Below are positions 40,832-54,323 of a stretch of DNA of 64,000 nucleotides, piece by piece. The DNA is from Eledone cirrhosa (Eukaryota). The position numbers and the translations under genes were made by a program. Numbering within the stretch: position 1 is the stretch's first letter; every line of letters starts with the position of its first letter. The stretch is from NCBI GenBank assembly GCA_964016885.1, contig OZ024741.1, positions 262,384,001 through 262,448,000 on the forward strand, in the 5' to 3' direction. The notes below the pieces were generated by a model. That model searched no databases, was not told where the DNA came from, and saw only the letters and a program-made list of their open reading frames with translations.

Positions 40832-42638
40832 GTTTCGCTTTACGAATGTTTCGACTTACGAGTGTTTCGACTTACGAGTGTTTCGGCTTACGAGTGTTTT
40901 GACTTACGAGATTTTTTACTTACGGGTGTTTCGACTTACGCGTGTTTCGGCTTACGAATGTTTTGACTTACGAGTGTTTTGACTTACAGGTATTTTGACA
41001 TACGAGTGTTTCGATACGAGTGTTTCGACTTATGAGTCTTCTGACTTACGAGTGTTTCGACTTACGAGTGTTTCGACTTACGAGTGTTTCGGCTTACGAG
41101 TGTTTCGGCTCACGAGTGTTTCGACTTACGAGTGTTTCGACTTACGAGTGTTTTGACTTACGGGTGTTTCGACTTACGAGTGTTTTGGTTTACGTGTGTT
41201 TCGACTTACGAATGTTTCGGCTTACGAGTGTTTCGACTTACGAGTGTTTCGACTTACGAGTGTTTTGACTTACGGGTGTTTCGACTTACGAGTGTTTTGG
41301 TTTACGTGTGTTTCGACTTACGAATGTTTCGGCTTACGAGTGTTTCGACTTACGAGTGTTTCGACTTACGGTTGTTCTGACTTACGGGTATTCCGACTTA
41401 CGAGTGATTTGGCATACGAGTGTTTCGACTTACGAGTGTTTTCGGCTTACGAGTGTTTCGACTTACGAGTGTTTTGACTTACGATTGTTTCGGCTTACGA
41501 GTGTTTCGACTTACGAGTGTTTCGGCTTACGAGTGTTTCGGCTTATGAGTGTTTTGACTTAAGGGTGTTTCGACGAGTGTTTCGATACGAGTGTTTCGAC
41601 ATGCGAGTTTTTTGACTTACGGATGTTTCGACTTACGGGTGTTTCGACTCACGAGTGTTTCTACTTACGAGTGTTTCGACTTACGAGTGTTCCGACTTAC
41701 GAGTGTTTTGACTTACGAGTGTTCCGACTTACGAGTGTTTCGGCTTACGAGTGTTTCGGCTCACGAGTGTTCCGACTTACGAGTGTTCCGACTTACGAGT
41801 GTTTCGGCTACGGATGTTCCGACTTACGAGTATTTTCGGCTTACGAGTGTTTTGACTTACGATTGTTTTGACTTACGGGTATTTCGGCTTACGAGTGTTT
41901 CGACTTACGAGTGTTTCGACTTACGAGTGTTTTGACTTACGGGTGTTTCGACTTACGAGTGTTTTGGTTTACGTGTGTTTCGACTTACGAATGTTTCGGC
42001 TTACGAGTGTTTCGACTTACGAGTGTTTTGACTTACGGGTGTTTCGACTTACGAGTGTTTTGGTTTACGAGTGTTTCGACTTACGAATGTTTCGTCTTAC
42101 GAGTGTTTCGACTTACGAGTGTTTAAACTTACGAGTGTTTCGACTTACGAGTGTTTCGACTTACGAGTGTTTTGACTTACGGGTGTTTCGACTTACGAGT
42201 GTTTTGGTTTACGTGTGTTTCGACTTACGAGTGTTTCGACTTACGAGTGTTTTGACTTACGATTGTTTCGGCTTACGAGTGTTTCGACTTACGAGTGTTT
42301 CGGCTTACGAGTGTTTCGGCTTACGAGTGTTTTGACTTAAGGGTGTTTCGACGAGTGTTTCGATACGAGTGTTTCGACTTACGGGTGTTCTGACTTACGA
42401 GTGTTCTGATTTACGGATGTTTCGAATTATGAGTGTTTCGACTACGAGTGTTTCGACTTACGAGTGTTTCGACTACGAGTGTTTCGACTTACGAGTGTTC
42501 TGACTTACGAGTGTTCTGACTTACGAGTGTTCTGACTTACGAGTGTTCCGACTTACGAGTGTTTCGGCTTACGAGTGTTTTGGCTTACGTGTGTTTCGGC
42601 TTACGAGTGTTTCGACTTACGAGTGTTTCGACTTACGA

Positions 42639-42707
42639 AAATAACAAATAGACGCGGTTTCAAATCTCTATGCTTTTCAAGTTCATTACATTAATCTTTA
42701 TTTATAT
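42639..42707. repeat. 69-bp AT-rich island, copy 14
   Basis: As copy 12, 5245 bp downstream. Confidence 0.95.
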
Positions 42708-45700
42708 GTTTCGCTTTACGAATGTTTCGACTTACGAGTGTTTCGACTTACGAGTGTGTCGGCATACGAGTGTTTTGACTTACGAGATTTTTTACTTACG
42801 GGTGTTTCGACTTACGCGTGTTTCGGCTTACGAATGTTTTGACTTACGAGTGTTTTGACTTACGGGTGTTTTGACATGCGAGTGTTTCGATACGAGTGTT
42901 TCGACTCACGAGTGTTCTGACTTACGAGTGTTTTGACTTACGGTGTTTCGGTTTACGTGTGTTTCGACTTACGAGTGTTTTGACTTACGGGTGTTTTGAC
43001 ATACGAGTGTTTCGATACGAGTGTTCTGACTTACGAGTGTTCTGACTTACGAGTGTTCTGACTTACGGGTGTTCTGACTTACGAGTGTTCCGACTTACGA
43101 GTGTTTCGACTTATGAGTGTTTCGGCTTACGAGCGTTTCGACTACGAGTGTTTCGACTTACGAATGTTTTTGCTTACGAGTGTTTCGACTTACGAATGTT
43201 TTTGCTTACGAATGTTTTTGTTTACGAGTGTTCCGACCTACGAGTGTTTCGGCTACGGATGTTCCGACTTACGAGTATTTTCGGCTTACGAGTGTTTCGA
43301 CTTACGAGTGTTTTGACTTACGGGTGTTTCGACTTACGAGTGTTTTGGTTTACGTGTGTTTCGACTTACGAATGTTTCGGCTTACGAGTGTTTCGATTTA
43401 CGAGTGTTTCGACTTACGGTTGTTCTGACTTACGGGTATTCCGACTTACGAGTGATTTGGCATACGAGTGTTTCGACTTACGAGTGTTTTCGGCTTACGA
43501 GAGTTTCGACTTACGAGTGTTTTGACTTACGATTGTTTCGGCTTACGAGTGTTTCGACTTACGAGTTTTTCGGCTTACGAGTGTTTCGGCTTACGAGTGT
43601 TTTGACTTAAGGGTGTTTCGACGAGTGTTTCGATACGAGTGTTTCGACTTACGGGTGTTCTGACTTACGAGTGTTCTGATTTACGGATGTTTCGAATTAT
43701 GACTGTTTCGACTACGAGTGTTTCGACTTACGAGTGTTTCGACTACGAGTGTTTCGACTTACGAGTGTTCTGACTTACGAGTGTTCTGACTTACGGGTGT
43801 TCTGACTTACGAGTGTTCCGACTTACGAGTGTTTCGTCTTATGAGTGTTTCGGCTTACGAGCGTTTCGACTACGAGTGTTTCGACTTACGAATGTTTTTG
43901 CTAACGAGTGTTTCGACTTACGAATGTTGTTGCTTACGAGTGTTTCGGCTTACGAGTGTTTCGACTTACAAGTGTTTCGACTTACGAGTGTTTTGACTTA
44001 CGGTGTTTCGGCTTACGAGTGTTTCGACATACGAGTGTTTTGACTTACCGGTGTTTCGACTTACGGGTGTTTCGACTTACGAGAGTTTCGACTTACGAGT
44101 GTTCTGACTTACGAGTGTTCTGACTTACGAGTGTTCCGACTTGCGAGTGTTTCGGGTTACGAGTGTTTCGACATGCGTTTTTTTTTACTTACGGATGTTT
44201 CGACTTACGGGTGTTTCGACTCACGAGTGTTTCTACTTACGAGTGTTTCGACTTACGAGTGTTCCGACTTACGAGTGTTTTGACTTACGAGTGTTCCGAC
44301 TTACGAGTGTTTCGGCTTACGAGTGTTTCGGCTCACGAGTGTTTCGACTTACGAGTGTTCCGACTTACGAGTGTTTCGGCTACGGATGTTCCGACTTACG
44401 AGTATTTTCGGCTTACGAGTGTTTTGACTTACGATTGTTTTGACTTACGGGTATTTCGGCTTACGAGTGTTTCGACTTACGGTTGTTCTGACTTACGGGT
44501 ATTCCGACTTACGATTGATTTGGCATACGAGTGTTTCGACTTACGAGTGTTTTCGGCTTACGAGTGTTTCGACTTACGAGTGTTTTGACTTACGATTGTT
44601 TCGGCTTACGAGTGTTTAGACTTACGAGTGTTTCGGCTTACGAGTGTTTCGTCTTATGAGTGTTTTGACTTAAGGGTGTTTCGACGAGTGTTTCGATACG
44701 AGTGTTTCGATTTACGGGTGTTCTGACTTACGAGTGTTCTGATTTACGGATGTTACGAATTATGAGTGTTTCGACTACGAGTGTTTCGACTTACGAGTGT
44801 TTCGACTACGAGTGTTTCGACTTACGAGTGTTCTGACTTACGAGTGTTCTGACTTACGGGTGTTCTGACTTACGAGTGTTCCGACTTACGAGTGTTTCGG
44901 CTTATGAGTGTTTCGGCTTACGAGCGTTTCGACTACGCGTGTTTCGACTTACGAATGTTTTTGCTAACGAGTGTTTTGACTTACGGGTGTTTCGACTTAC
45001 GAGTGTTTTTACTTACGAATGTTTTGACTTACGGGTGTTTCGGCTTACCAGTGTTTCGACTTACGAGTGTTTCGGCTTACGAGTGTTTCGACTTACTAAG
45101 GTTTTACTTACGAGTGTTTCGGCGTACGAGAGTTTTGACTTACGAGTGTTTCGACTTACGAGTGTTTCGACTTACGAGTGTTTTGACTTACGAATGTTTT
45201 GACTTACGGGTGTTTCGGCTTACGGGTGTTTTGACTTACGGGTGTTTCGGCTTACGAGTGTTTCGACTTACGAGTGTTTTGACTTACGAGTGTTCTGATT
45301 TACGGATGTTTCGACATACGAGTGTTTAGACTTACGAGTGTTTCGACTTACGAGTGTTTCGGCTTACGAGTGTTTCGACTTACGAGTGTTTTGACTTACG
45401 GTGTTTCGGCTTACGAGTGTTTCGACTTACGAGTGTTTTAACTTACGGGTCTTTTGACATACGAGTGTTTCGACTAACTAATGTTTTTACTTACGAGTGT
45501 TTCGGCGTACGAGAGTTTGGACTTACGAGTGTTTCGACTTACGAGTGTTTCGACTTACGAGCGTTTTGACTTACGAATGTTTTGACTTACGGGTGTTTCG
45601 GCTTACCAGTGTTTCGACTTACGAGTCTTTCGGCTTACGAGTGTTTCGACTTACTAATGTTTTTACTTACGAGTGTTTCGGCGTACGAGTGTTTCGACTT

Positions 45701-48032
45701 ACGAGTGTTTCGACTTACGTGTGTTTTGACTTACGGGTGTTTCGGCTTAGGAGTGTTTCGACTTACGAGTGTTTTGACTTAAGGGTGTTTCGACTTACGA
45801 GTATTTTTGGCTTACGGGTGTTTCGACTTACGAGTGTTTTGACTTACGAGTGATCTGATTTACGGATGTTTCGACATACGAGTGTTTCGACTTACGAGTG
45901 TTTCGACTTATGAGTATTTCGACTTACGAGTGTTTCGACTTACGAGTGTTTCGACTTACGAGTGTTCCGACTTACGAGTGTTTCGGCTTACGAGTGTTTC
46001 CGGCTTACGAGTGTTTCGACTTACGAGTGTTTTGACATACGGTGTTTCGGCTTACGAGTGATTCGACTTACGAGTGTTTTGACTTACGGGTGTTTTGACT
46101 TACGGGTGTTGTGAATTACGAGTGTTCCGATTTACGAGTGTTTTGACTTACGGTGTTTCGGCTTACGAGTGATTCGACTTACGAATGTTTTGACCTACGG
46201 GTGTTTCGGCTTGCGAGTGTTTCGACTTACGAGTGTTTCGGCTTGCGAGTGTTTCGACTTACTAATGTTTTTACTTACGAGTGTTTCGGCGTACGAGTGT
46301 TTCGACTTACGAGTGTTTAGACTTACGTGTGCTTTGACTTACGGGTGTTTCGGCTTACGAGTGTTTCGACTTACGAGTGTTTTGACTTAAGGGTGTTTCG
46401 ACTTACGAGTGTTTCGACTTACGAGTGTTTCGACTTACGAGTGTTTCGGCTTACGAGTGTTTTGACTTAAGGATGTTTCGACTTACGAGTGTTTCCATAC
46501 GAGTGTTCTGACTTACGAGTGTTCTGACTTACGAGTGTTTTGACTTACGATCTGACTTACGAGTGTTCCGACTTACGAGTGTTCGGACTTCCGAGTGTTT
46601 CGGCTTAGGAGTGTTTCCGGCTTACGAGTGTTTCGACTTACGAGTGTTTTGACTTACCGTGTTTCGGCTTACGAGTGATTCGACTTACGAGAGTTTTGAC
46701 TTACGGGTGTTGTGAATTACGATTGTTGCGATTTACGAGTGTTTTGACTTACGGTGTTTCGGCTTACGAGTGATTCGACTTACGAATGTTTTGACTTACG
46801 GGTGTTTCGGCTTGCGAGTGTTTCGACTTACGAGTGTTTCGGCTTATGAGTGTTTCGACTTACGAGTGTTTTGACTTAAGGGTGTTTCGACTTACGAGTG
46901 TTTCGACTTACGAGTGTTTCGACTTACGAGTGTTTTGACTTAAGGGTGTTTCGACTTACGAGTATTTTTGGCTTACGAGTGTTTCGACTTACGAGTGTTT
47001 TGACTTACGAGTGATCTGATTTACGGATGTTTCGACATATGAGTGTTTCGACTTACGAGTGTTTCGACTTATGAGTATTTCGACTTACGAGTTTTTCGAC
47101 TTACGAGTGTTTCGACTTACGAGTGTTCCGACTTTCGAGTGTTTCGGCTTACGAGTGTTTCTTGCTTACGAGTGTTTCGACTTACGAGTGTTTTGACTTA
47201 CGGTGTTTCGGCTTACGAGTGATTCGACTTACGAGTGTTTCGGCTTACGAGTGTTTCCGGCTTACGAGTGTTTCGACTTACGAGTGTTTTGACTTACGGT
47301 ATTTCGGCTTACGAGTGATTCGACTTACGAATGTTTTGACTTACGGGTGTTTCGGCTTGCGAGTGTTTCGACTTACGAGTGTTTCGGCTTATGAGTGTTT
47401 CGACTTACTAATGTTTCTACTTACGAGTGTTTCGGCGTACGAGTGTTTTGACTTACGAGTGTTTCGACTTACGAGTGTTTTGACTTACGAATGTTTTGAC
47501 TTACGGGTGTTTCGGCTTACGAGTGTTTCGACTTACGAGTGTTTCGGCTTGCGAGTGTTTCGACTTACTAATGTTTTTACTTACGAGTGTTTCGGCGTAC
47601 GAGTGTTTCGACTTACGAGTGTTTCGACTTACGGGTGCTTTGACTTACGGGTGTTTCGGCTTACGAGTGTTTCGACTTACGAGTGTTTCGACTTACGAGT
47701 GTTTCGGCTTACGAGTGTTTTGACTTAAGGATGTTTCGACTTACGAGTGTTTCGATACGAGTGTTTCGACTTACGAATGTTCTGACTTACGAGTGCTCTG
47801 ACTTACGAGTGTTCTGACTTACGAGTGTTCTCACTTACGAGCGTTCTGATTTACGAGTGTTTCGGCTTACGAGTGTTTCGTCTTACGAGTGTTTCGACAT
47901 ACGAGTGTTTCGACTTACGAGTGTTCCGACTAACGAGTGTTCCGACTTACGAGTGTTTCGGCTTACGAGTGTTTCGGCTTACGAGTGTTTCGACTTACGA
48001 GTGTTTCGGCTTACGAGTGTTTCGACTTACGA

Positions 48033-48101
48033 AAATAACAAATAGACGCGGTTTCAAATCTCTATGCTTTTCAAATTCATTACATTAATCTTTATTTATA
48101 C
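48033..48101. repeat. 69-bp AT-rich island, copy 15
   Basis: As copies 6, 7 and 9. Confidence 0.95.
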
Positions 48102-49282
48102 GTTTCGCTTTACGAGTGTTTCGGCGTACGAGTGTTTCGACTTACGAGTGATTTAACTTACGTGTGTTTCGGCTTACGAGTGTTTCGACTTACGAGTGTT
48201 TTTACTTACGGTGTTTCGGCTTACGAGTGTTTCGACATACGAGTGTTTTGACTTACGGGTGTTTCGACTTACGAGTGTTTTGACTTACGATTGTTTTGAC
48301 TTACGGGTGTTTCGGCTTACCAGTGTTTCGACTTACGAGTGTTTCGGCTTACGAGTGTTTCGACTTACTAAGGTTTTTACTTACGAATGTTTTGACTTAC
48401 GGGTGTTTCGGCTTACGGGTGTTTTGACTTACGGGTGTTTCGGCTTACGAGTGTTTCGACTTACGAGTGTTTTGACTTACGAGTGTTCTGATTTACGGAT
48501 GTTTCGACATACGAGTGTTTCGACTTACGAGTGTTTCGACTTATGAGTGTTTCGACTTATGAGTGTTTCGACTTACGAGTGTTTCGACTTACGAGTGTTT
48601 CGGCTTACGAGTGTTTCGACTTACGAGTGTTCTGACTTACGGTGTTTCGGCTTACGAGTGTTTCGACTTACGAGTGTTTTGACTTACGGGTGTTTTGACA
48701 TACGAGTGTTTCGACTAACTAATGTTTTTACTTACGAGTGTTTCGGCGTACGAGAGTTTTGACTTACGAGTGTTTCGACTTACGAGTGTTTCGACTTACG
48801 AGCGTTTTGACTTACGAATGTTTTGACTTACGGGTGTTTCGGCTTACCAGTGTTTCGACTTACGAGTCTTTCGGCTTACGAGTGTTTAGACTTACGAGTG
48901 TTTTGACTTACGGGTGTTTCGGCTTACGAGTGTTTAGACTTACGAGTGTTTTTACTTAAGGGTGTTTCGACTTACGAGTATTTTTGGCTTACGAGTGTTT
49001 CGACTTACGAGTGTTTTGACTTACGAGTGATCTGATTTACGGATGTTTCGACATACGAGTGTTTCGACTTACGAGTGTTTCGACTTACGAGTGTTCCGAC
49101 TTACGAGTGTTTCGGCTTACGAGTGTTTCGGCTTAAGAGTGTTTCGACATACGAGTGTTTCGACTTACGAGTGTTCCGACTAACGAGTGTTCCGACTTAC
49201 GAGTGTTTCGGCTTACGAGTGTTTCGGCTTACGAGTGTTTCGACTTACGAGTGTTTCGGCTTACGAGTGTTTCGACTTACTA

Positions 49283-49351
49283 AAATAACAAATAGACGCG
49301 GTTTCAAATCTCTATGCTTTTCAAATTCATTACATTAATCTTTATTTATAC
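49283..49351. repeat. 69-bp AT-rich island, copy 16 (preceded by CTTACTA)
   Basis: As copies 8 and 10. Confidence 0.95.
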
Positions 49352-52314
49352 GTTTCGCTTTACGAGTGTTTCGGCGTACGAGTGTTTCGACTTACGAGTG
49401 TTTTAACTTACGTGTGTTTCGGCTTACGAGTGTTTCGACTTACGAGTGTTTTTACTTACGGTCTTTCGGCTTACGAGTGTTTCGTCTTATGAGTGTTTTG
49501 ACTTAAGGGTGTTTCGACGAGTGTTTCGATACGAGTGTTTCGACTTACGGGTGTTCTGACTTACGAGTGTTCTGATTTACGGATGTTTCGAATTATGAGT
49601 GTTTCGACTACGAGTGATTCGACTTACGAGTGTTTCGACTACGAGTGTTTCGACTTACGAGTGTTCTGACTTACGAGTGTTCTGACTTACGGGTGTTCTG
49701 ACTTACGAGTGTTTCGACTTACGAGTGTTTCGGCTTACGAGTGTTTCGGCTTATGAGTGTTTTGACTTAAGGGTGTTTCGACAAGTGTTTCGATACGAGT
49801 GTTACGAGTGTTCTGACTTACGGGTGTTCTGACTTACGAGTGTTCCGACTTACGAGTGTTTCGGCTTATGAGTGTTTCGGCTAACGAGCGTTTCGACTAC
49901 GAGTGTTTCGACTTACCAATGTTTTTGCTTACGAGTGTTTCGACTTACGAATGTTTTTGCTTACGAATGTTGTTGCTTACGAGTGTTCTGACTTACGAGT
50001 GTTTTGACTTACGAGTGTTCCGACTTACGAGTGTTCCGGCTTACGAGTGTTTCGGCTTACGAGTGTTTCGACTTACGAGTGTTCTGACTTACGAGTGTTC
50101 CGGCTTACGAGTGTTTCGGCTTACGAGTGTTTCGACTTACGAGTGTTCCGACCTACGAGTGTTTCGGCTACGGATGTTCCGACTTACGAGTATTTTCGGC
50201 TTACGAGTGTTTTGACTTACGATTGTTTTGACTTACGATTGTTTCGGCTAACGAGTGTTTCGACTTACGAGTGTTTCGATTTACGAGTGTTTTGACTTAA
50301 GAATATTTTGACTTACGGGTGTTTCGGCTTACGAGTGTTTCGACTTACGAGTGTTTTGACTTACGGGTGTTTCGACTTACGAGTGTTTTGGTTTACGTGT
50401 GTTCTGACTTACGAATGTTTCGGCTTACGAGTGTTTCGACTTACGAGTGTTTCGACTTACGGTTGTTCTGACTTACGGGTATTCCGACTTACGAGTGATT
50501 TGGCATACGAGTGTTTCGACTTACGAGTGTTTTCGGCTTACGAGTGTTTCGACTTACGAGTGTTTTGACTTACGATTGTTTCGGCTTACGAGTGTTTCGA
50601 CTTACGAGTGTTTCGGCTTACGAGTGTTTCGGCTTATGAGTGTTTTGACTTAAGGGTGTTTCGACGAGTGTTTCGATACGAGTGATTCGACTTACGGGTG
50701 TTCTGACTTACGAGTGTTCTGATTTACGGATGTTTCGAATTATGAGTGTTTCGACTACGAGTGTTTCGACTTACGAGTGTTTCGACTACGAGTGTTTTGA
50801 CTTACGAGTGTTCTGACTTACGAGTGTTCTGACTTACGGGTGTTCTGACTTACGAGTGTTCCGACTTACGAGTGTTTCGGCTTATGAGTGTTTCGGCTTA
50901 CGAGCGTTTCGACTAGGAGTGTTTCGACTTACGAATGTTTTTGCTAACGAGTGTTTCGACTTACGAGTGTTTCGACTTACAAGTGTTTCGACTTACGTGT
51001 GTTTTGACTTACGGTGTTTCGGCTTACGAGTGTTTCGACATACGAGTGTTTTTGACTTACCGGTGTTTCGACTTACGGGTGTTTCGACTTACGAGAGTTT
51101 CGACTTACGAGTGTTCTGACTTACGAGTGTTCTGACTTACGAGTGTTCCGACTTGCGAGTGTTTCGGCCTACGAGTGTTTCGACATGCGAGTTTTTTGAC
51201 TTACGGATGTTTCGTCTTACGGGTGTTTCGACTCACGAGTGTTTCTACTTACGAGTGTTTCGACTTACGAGTGTTCCGACTTACGAGTGTTTTGACTTAC
51301 GAGTGTTCCGACTTACGAGTGTTTCGGCTTACGAGTGTTTCGGCTCACGGGTGTTCCGACTTACGAGTGTTCCGACTTACGAGTGTTTCGGCTACGGATG
51401 TTCCGACTTACGAGTATTTTCGGCTTACGAGTGTTTTGACTTACGATTGTTTTGACTTACGGGTATTTTGGCTTACGAGTGTTTCGACTTACGAATGTTT
51501 CGGCTTACGAGTGTTTCGACTTACGAGTGTTTTGACTTACGGGTGTTTCGACTTACGAGTGTTTTGGTTTACGTGTATTTCGACTTACGAATGTTTCGGC
51601 TTACGAGTGTTTCGACTTACGAGTGTTTAAACTTACGAGTGTTTTGACTTACGGGTGTTTCGACTTACGAGTGTTTTGGTTTACGTGTGTTTCGACTTAC
51701 GAATGTTTCGACTTACGAGTGTTTTGACTTACGATTGTTTCGGATTACGAGTGTTTCGACTTACGAGTGTTTCGGCTTACGAGTGTTTCGGCTTACGAGT
51801 GTTTTGACTTAAGGGTGTTTCGACGAGTGTTTCGATACGAGTGTTTCGACTTACGGGTGTTCTGACTTACGAGTGTTCTGATTTACGGATGTTTCGACTT
51901 ATGAGTGTTTCGACTACGAGTGTTTCGACTTACGAGTGTTTCGACTACGAGTGTTTCGACTTACGAGTGTTCTGACTTACAAGTGTTCTGACTTACGAGT
52001 GTTCCGACTTACGAGTGTTTCGGCTTACGAGTGTTTCGGCTTACGTGTGTTTCGGCTTACGAGTGTTTCGACTTACGAGTGTTCCGACTTACGAGTGTTT
52101 CGACTTACGAGTGTTTTGGCTTACGGTGTTTCGGCTTACGAATGTTTTGACTTACGAGTGTTTTGACTTACGGGTGTTTTGACATACGAGTGTTTCGATA
52201 CGAGTGTTCTGACTTACGAGTGTTCTGACTTACGAGTGTTCTGACTTACGAGTGTTCCGACTTACGAGTGTTTCGGCTCAAGAGTGTTTCGGCTTACGAG
52301 TGTTTCGACTACGA

Positions 52315-52383
52315 AAATAACAAATAGACGCGGTTTCAAATCTCTATGCTTTTAAAGTTCATTACATTAATCTTTATTTATAC
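52315..52383. repeat. 69-bp AT-rich island, copy 17
   Basis: As copies 11 and 13. Confidence 0.95.
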
Positions 52384-54254
52384 GTTTCGCTTTACGAATG
52401 TTTCGACTTACGAGTGTTTCGACTTACGAGTGTTTCGGCTTACGAGTGTTTTGACTTACGAGATTTTTTACTTACGGGTGTTTCGACTTACGCGTGTTTC
52501 GGCTTACGAATGTTTTGACTTACGAGTGTTTTGACTTACAGGTATTTTGACATACGAGTGTTTCGATACGAGTGTTTCGACTTATGAGTCTTCTGACTTA
52601 CGAGTGTTTCGACTTACGAGTGTTTCGACTTACGAGTGTTTCGGCTTACGAGTGTTTCGGCTCACGAGTGTTTCGACTTACGAGTGTTTCGACTTACGAG
52701 TGTTTTGACTTACGGGTGTTTCGACTTACGAGTGTTTTGGTTTACGTGTGTTTCGACTTACGAATGTTTCGGCTTACGAGTGTTTCGACTTACGAGTGTT
52801 TCGACTTACGAGTGTTTTGACTTACGGGTGTTTCGACTTACGAGTGTTTTGGTTTACGTGTGTTTCGACTTACGAATGTTTCGGCTTACGAGTGTTTCGA
52901 CTTACGAGTGTTTCGACTTACGGTTGTTCTGACTTACGGGTATTCCGACTTACGAGTGATTTGGCATACGAGTGTTTCGACTTACGAGTGTTTTCGGCTT
53001 ACGAGTGTTTCGACTTACGAGTGTTTTGACTTACGATTGTTTCGGCTTACGAGTGTTTCGACTTACGAGTGTTTCGGCTTACGAGTGTTTCGGCTTATGA
53101 GTGTTTTGACTTAAGGGTGTTTCGACGAGTGTTTCGATACGAGTGTTTCGACATGCGAGTTTTTTGACTTACGGATGTTTCGACTTACGGGTGTTTCGAC
53201 TCACGAGTGTTTCTACTTACGAGTGTTTCGACTTACGAGTGTTCCGACTTACGAGTGTTTTGACTTACGAGTGTTCCGACTTACGAGTGTTTCGGCTTAC
53301 GAGTGTTTCGGCTCACGAGTGTTCCGACTTACGAGTGTTCCGACTTACGAGTGTTTCGGCTACGGATGTTCCGACTTACGAGTATTTTCGGCTTACGAGT
53401 GTTTTGACTTACGATTGTTTTGACTTACGGGTATTTCGGCTTACGAGTGTTTCGACTTACGAGTGTTTCGACTTACGAGTGTTTTGACTTACGGGTGTTT
53501 CGACTTACGAGTGTTTTGGTTTACGTGTGTTTCGACTTACGAATGTTTCGGTTTACGAGTGTTTCGACTTACGAGTGTTTTGACTTACGGGTGTTTCGAC
53601 TTACGAGTGTTTTGGTTTACGAGTGTTTCGACTTACGAATGTTTCGTCTTACGAGTGTTTCGACTTACGAGTGTTTAAACTTACGAGTGTTTTGACTTAC
53701 GGGTGTTTCGACTTACGAGTGTTTTGGTTTACGTGTGTTTCGACTTACGAGTGTTTCGACTTACGAGTGTTTCGACTTACGAGTGTTTTGACTTACGGGT
53801 GTTTCGACTTACGAGTGTTTTGGTTTACGTGTGTTTCGACTTACGAGTGTTTCGACTTACGAGTGTTTTGACTTACGATTGTTTCGGCTTACGAGTGTTT
53901 CGACTTACGAGTTTTTCGGCTTACGAGTGTTTCGGCTTACGAGTGTTTTGACTTAAGGGTGTTTCGACGAGTGTTTCGATACGAGTGTTTCGACTTACGG
54001 GTGTTCTGACTTACGAGTGTTCTGATTTACGGATGTTTCGAATTATGAGTGTTTCGACTACGAGTGTTTCGACTTACGAGTGTTTCGACTACGAGTGTTT
54101 CGACTTACGAGTGTTCTGACTTACGAGTGTTCTGACTTACGAGTGTTCTGACTTACGAGTGTTCCGACTTACGAGTGTTTCGGCTTACGAGTGTTTTGGC
54201 TTACGTGTGTTTCGGCTTACGAGTGTTTCGACTTACGAGTGTTTCGACTTACGA

Positions 54255-54323
54255 AAATAACAAATAGACGCGGTTTCAAATCTCTATGCTTTTCAAGTTC
54301 ATTACATTAATCTTTATTTATAT
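54255..54323. repeat. 69-bp AT-rich island, copy 18
   Basis: As copies 12 and 14. Confidence 0.95.

Larger units (their letters stand above)
33015..43510 (+). repeat. Tandem duplication, 5245-bp unit x2, near identical
   Basis: Constant offset of 5245 for ORFs from 33250/38495 to 38111/43356; islands 35518/40763 and 37394/42639. Confidence 0.92.
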
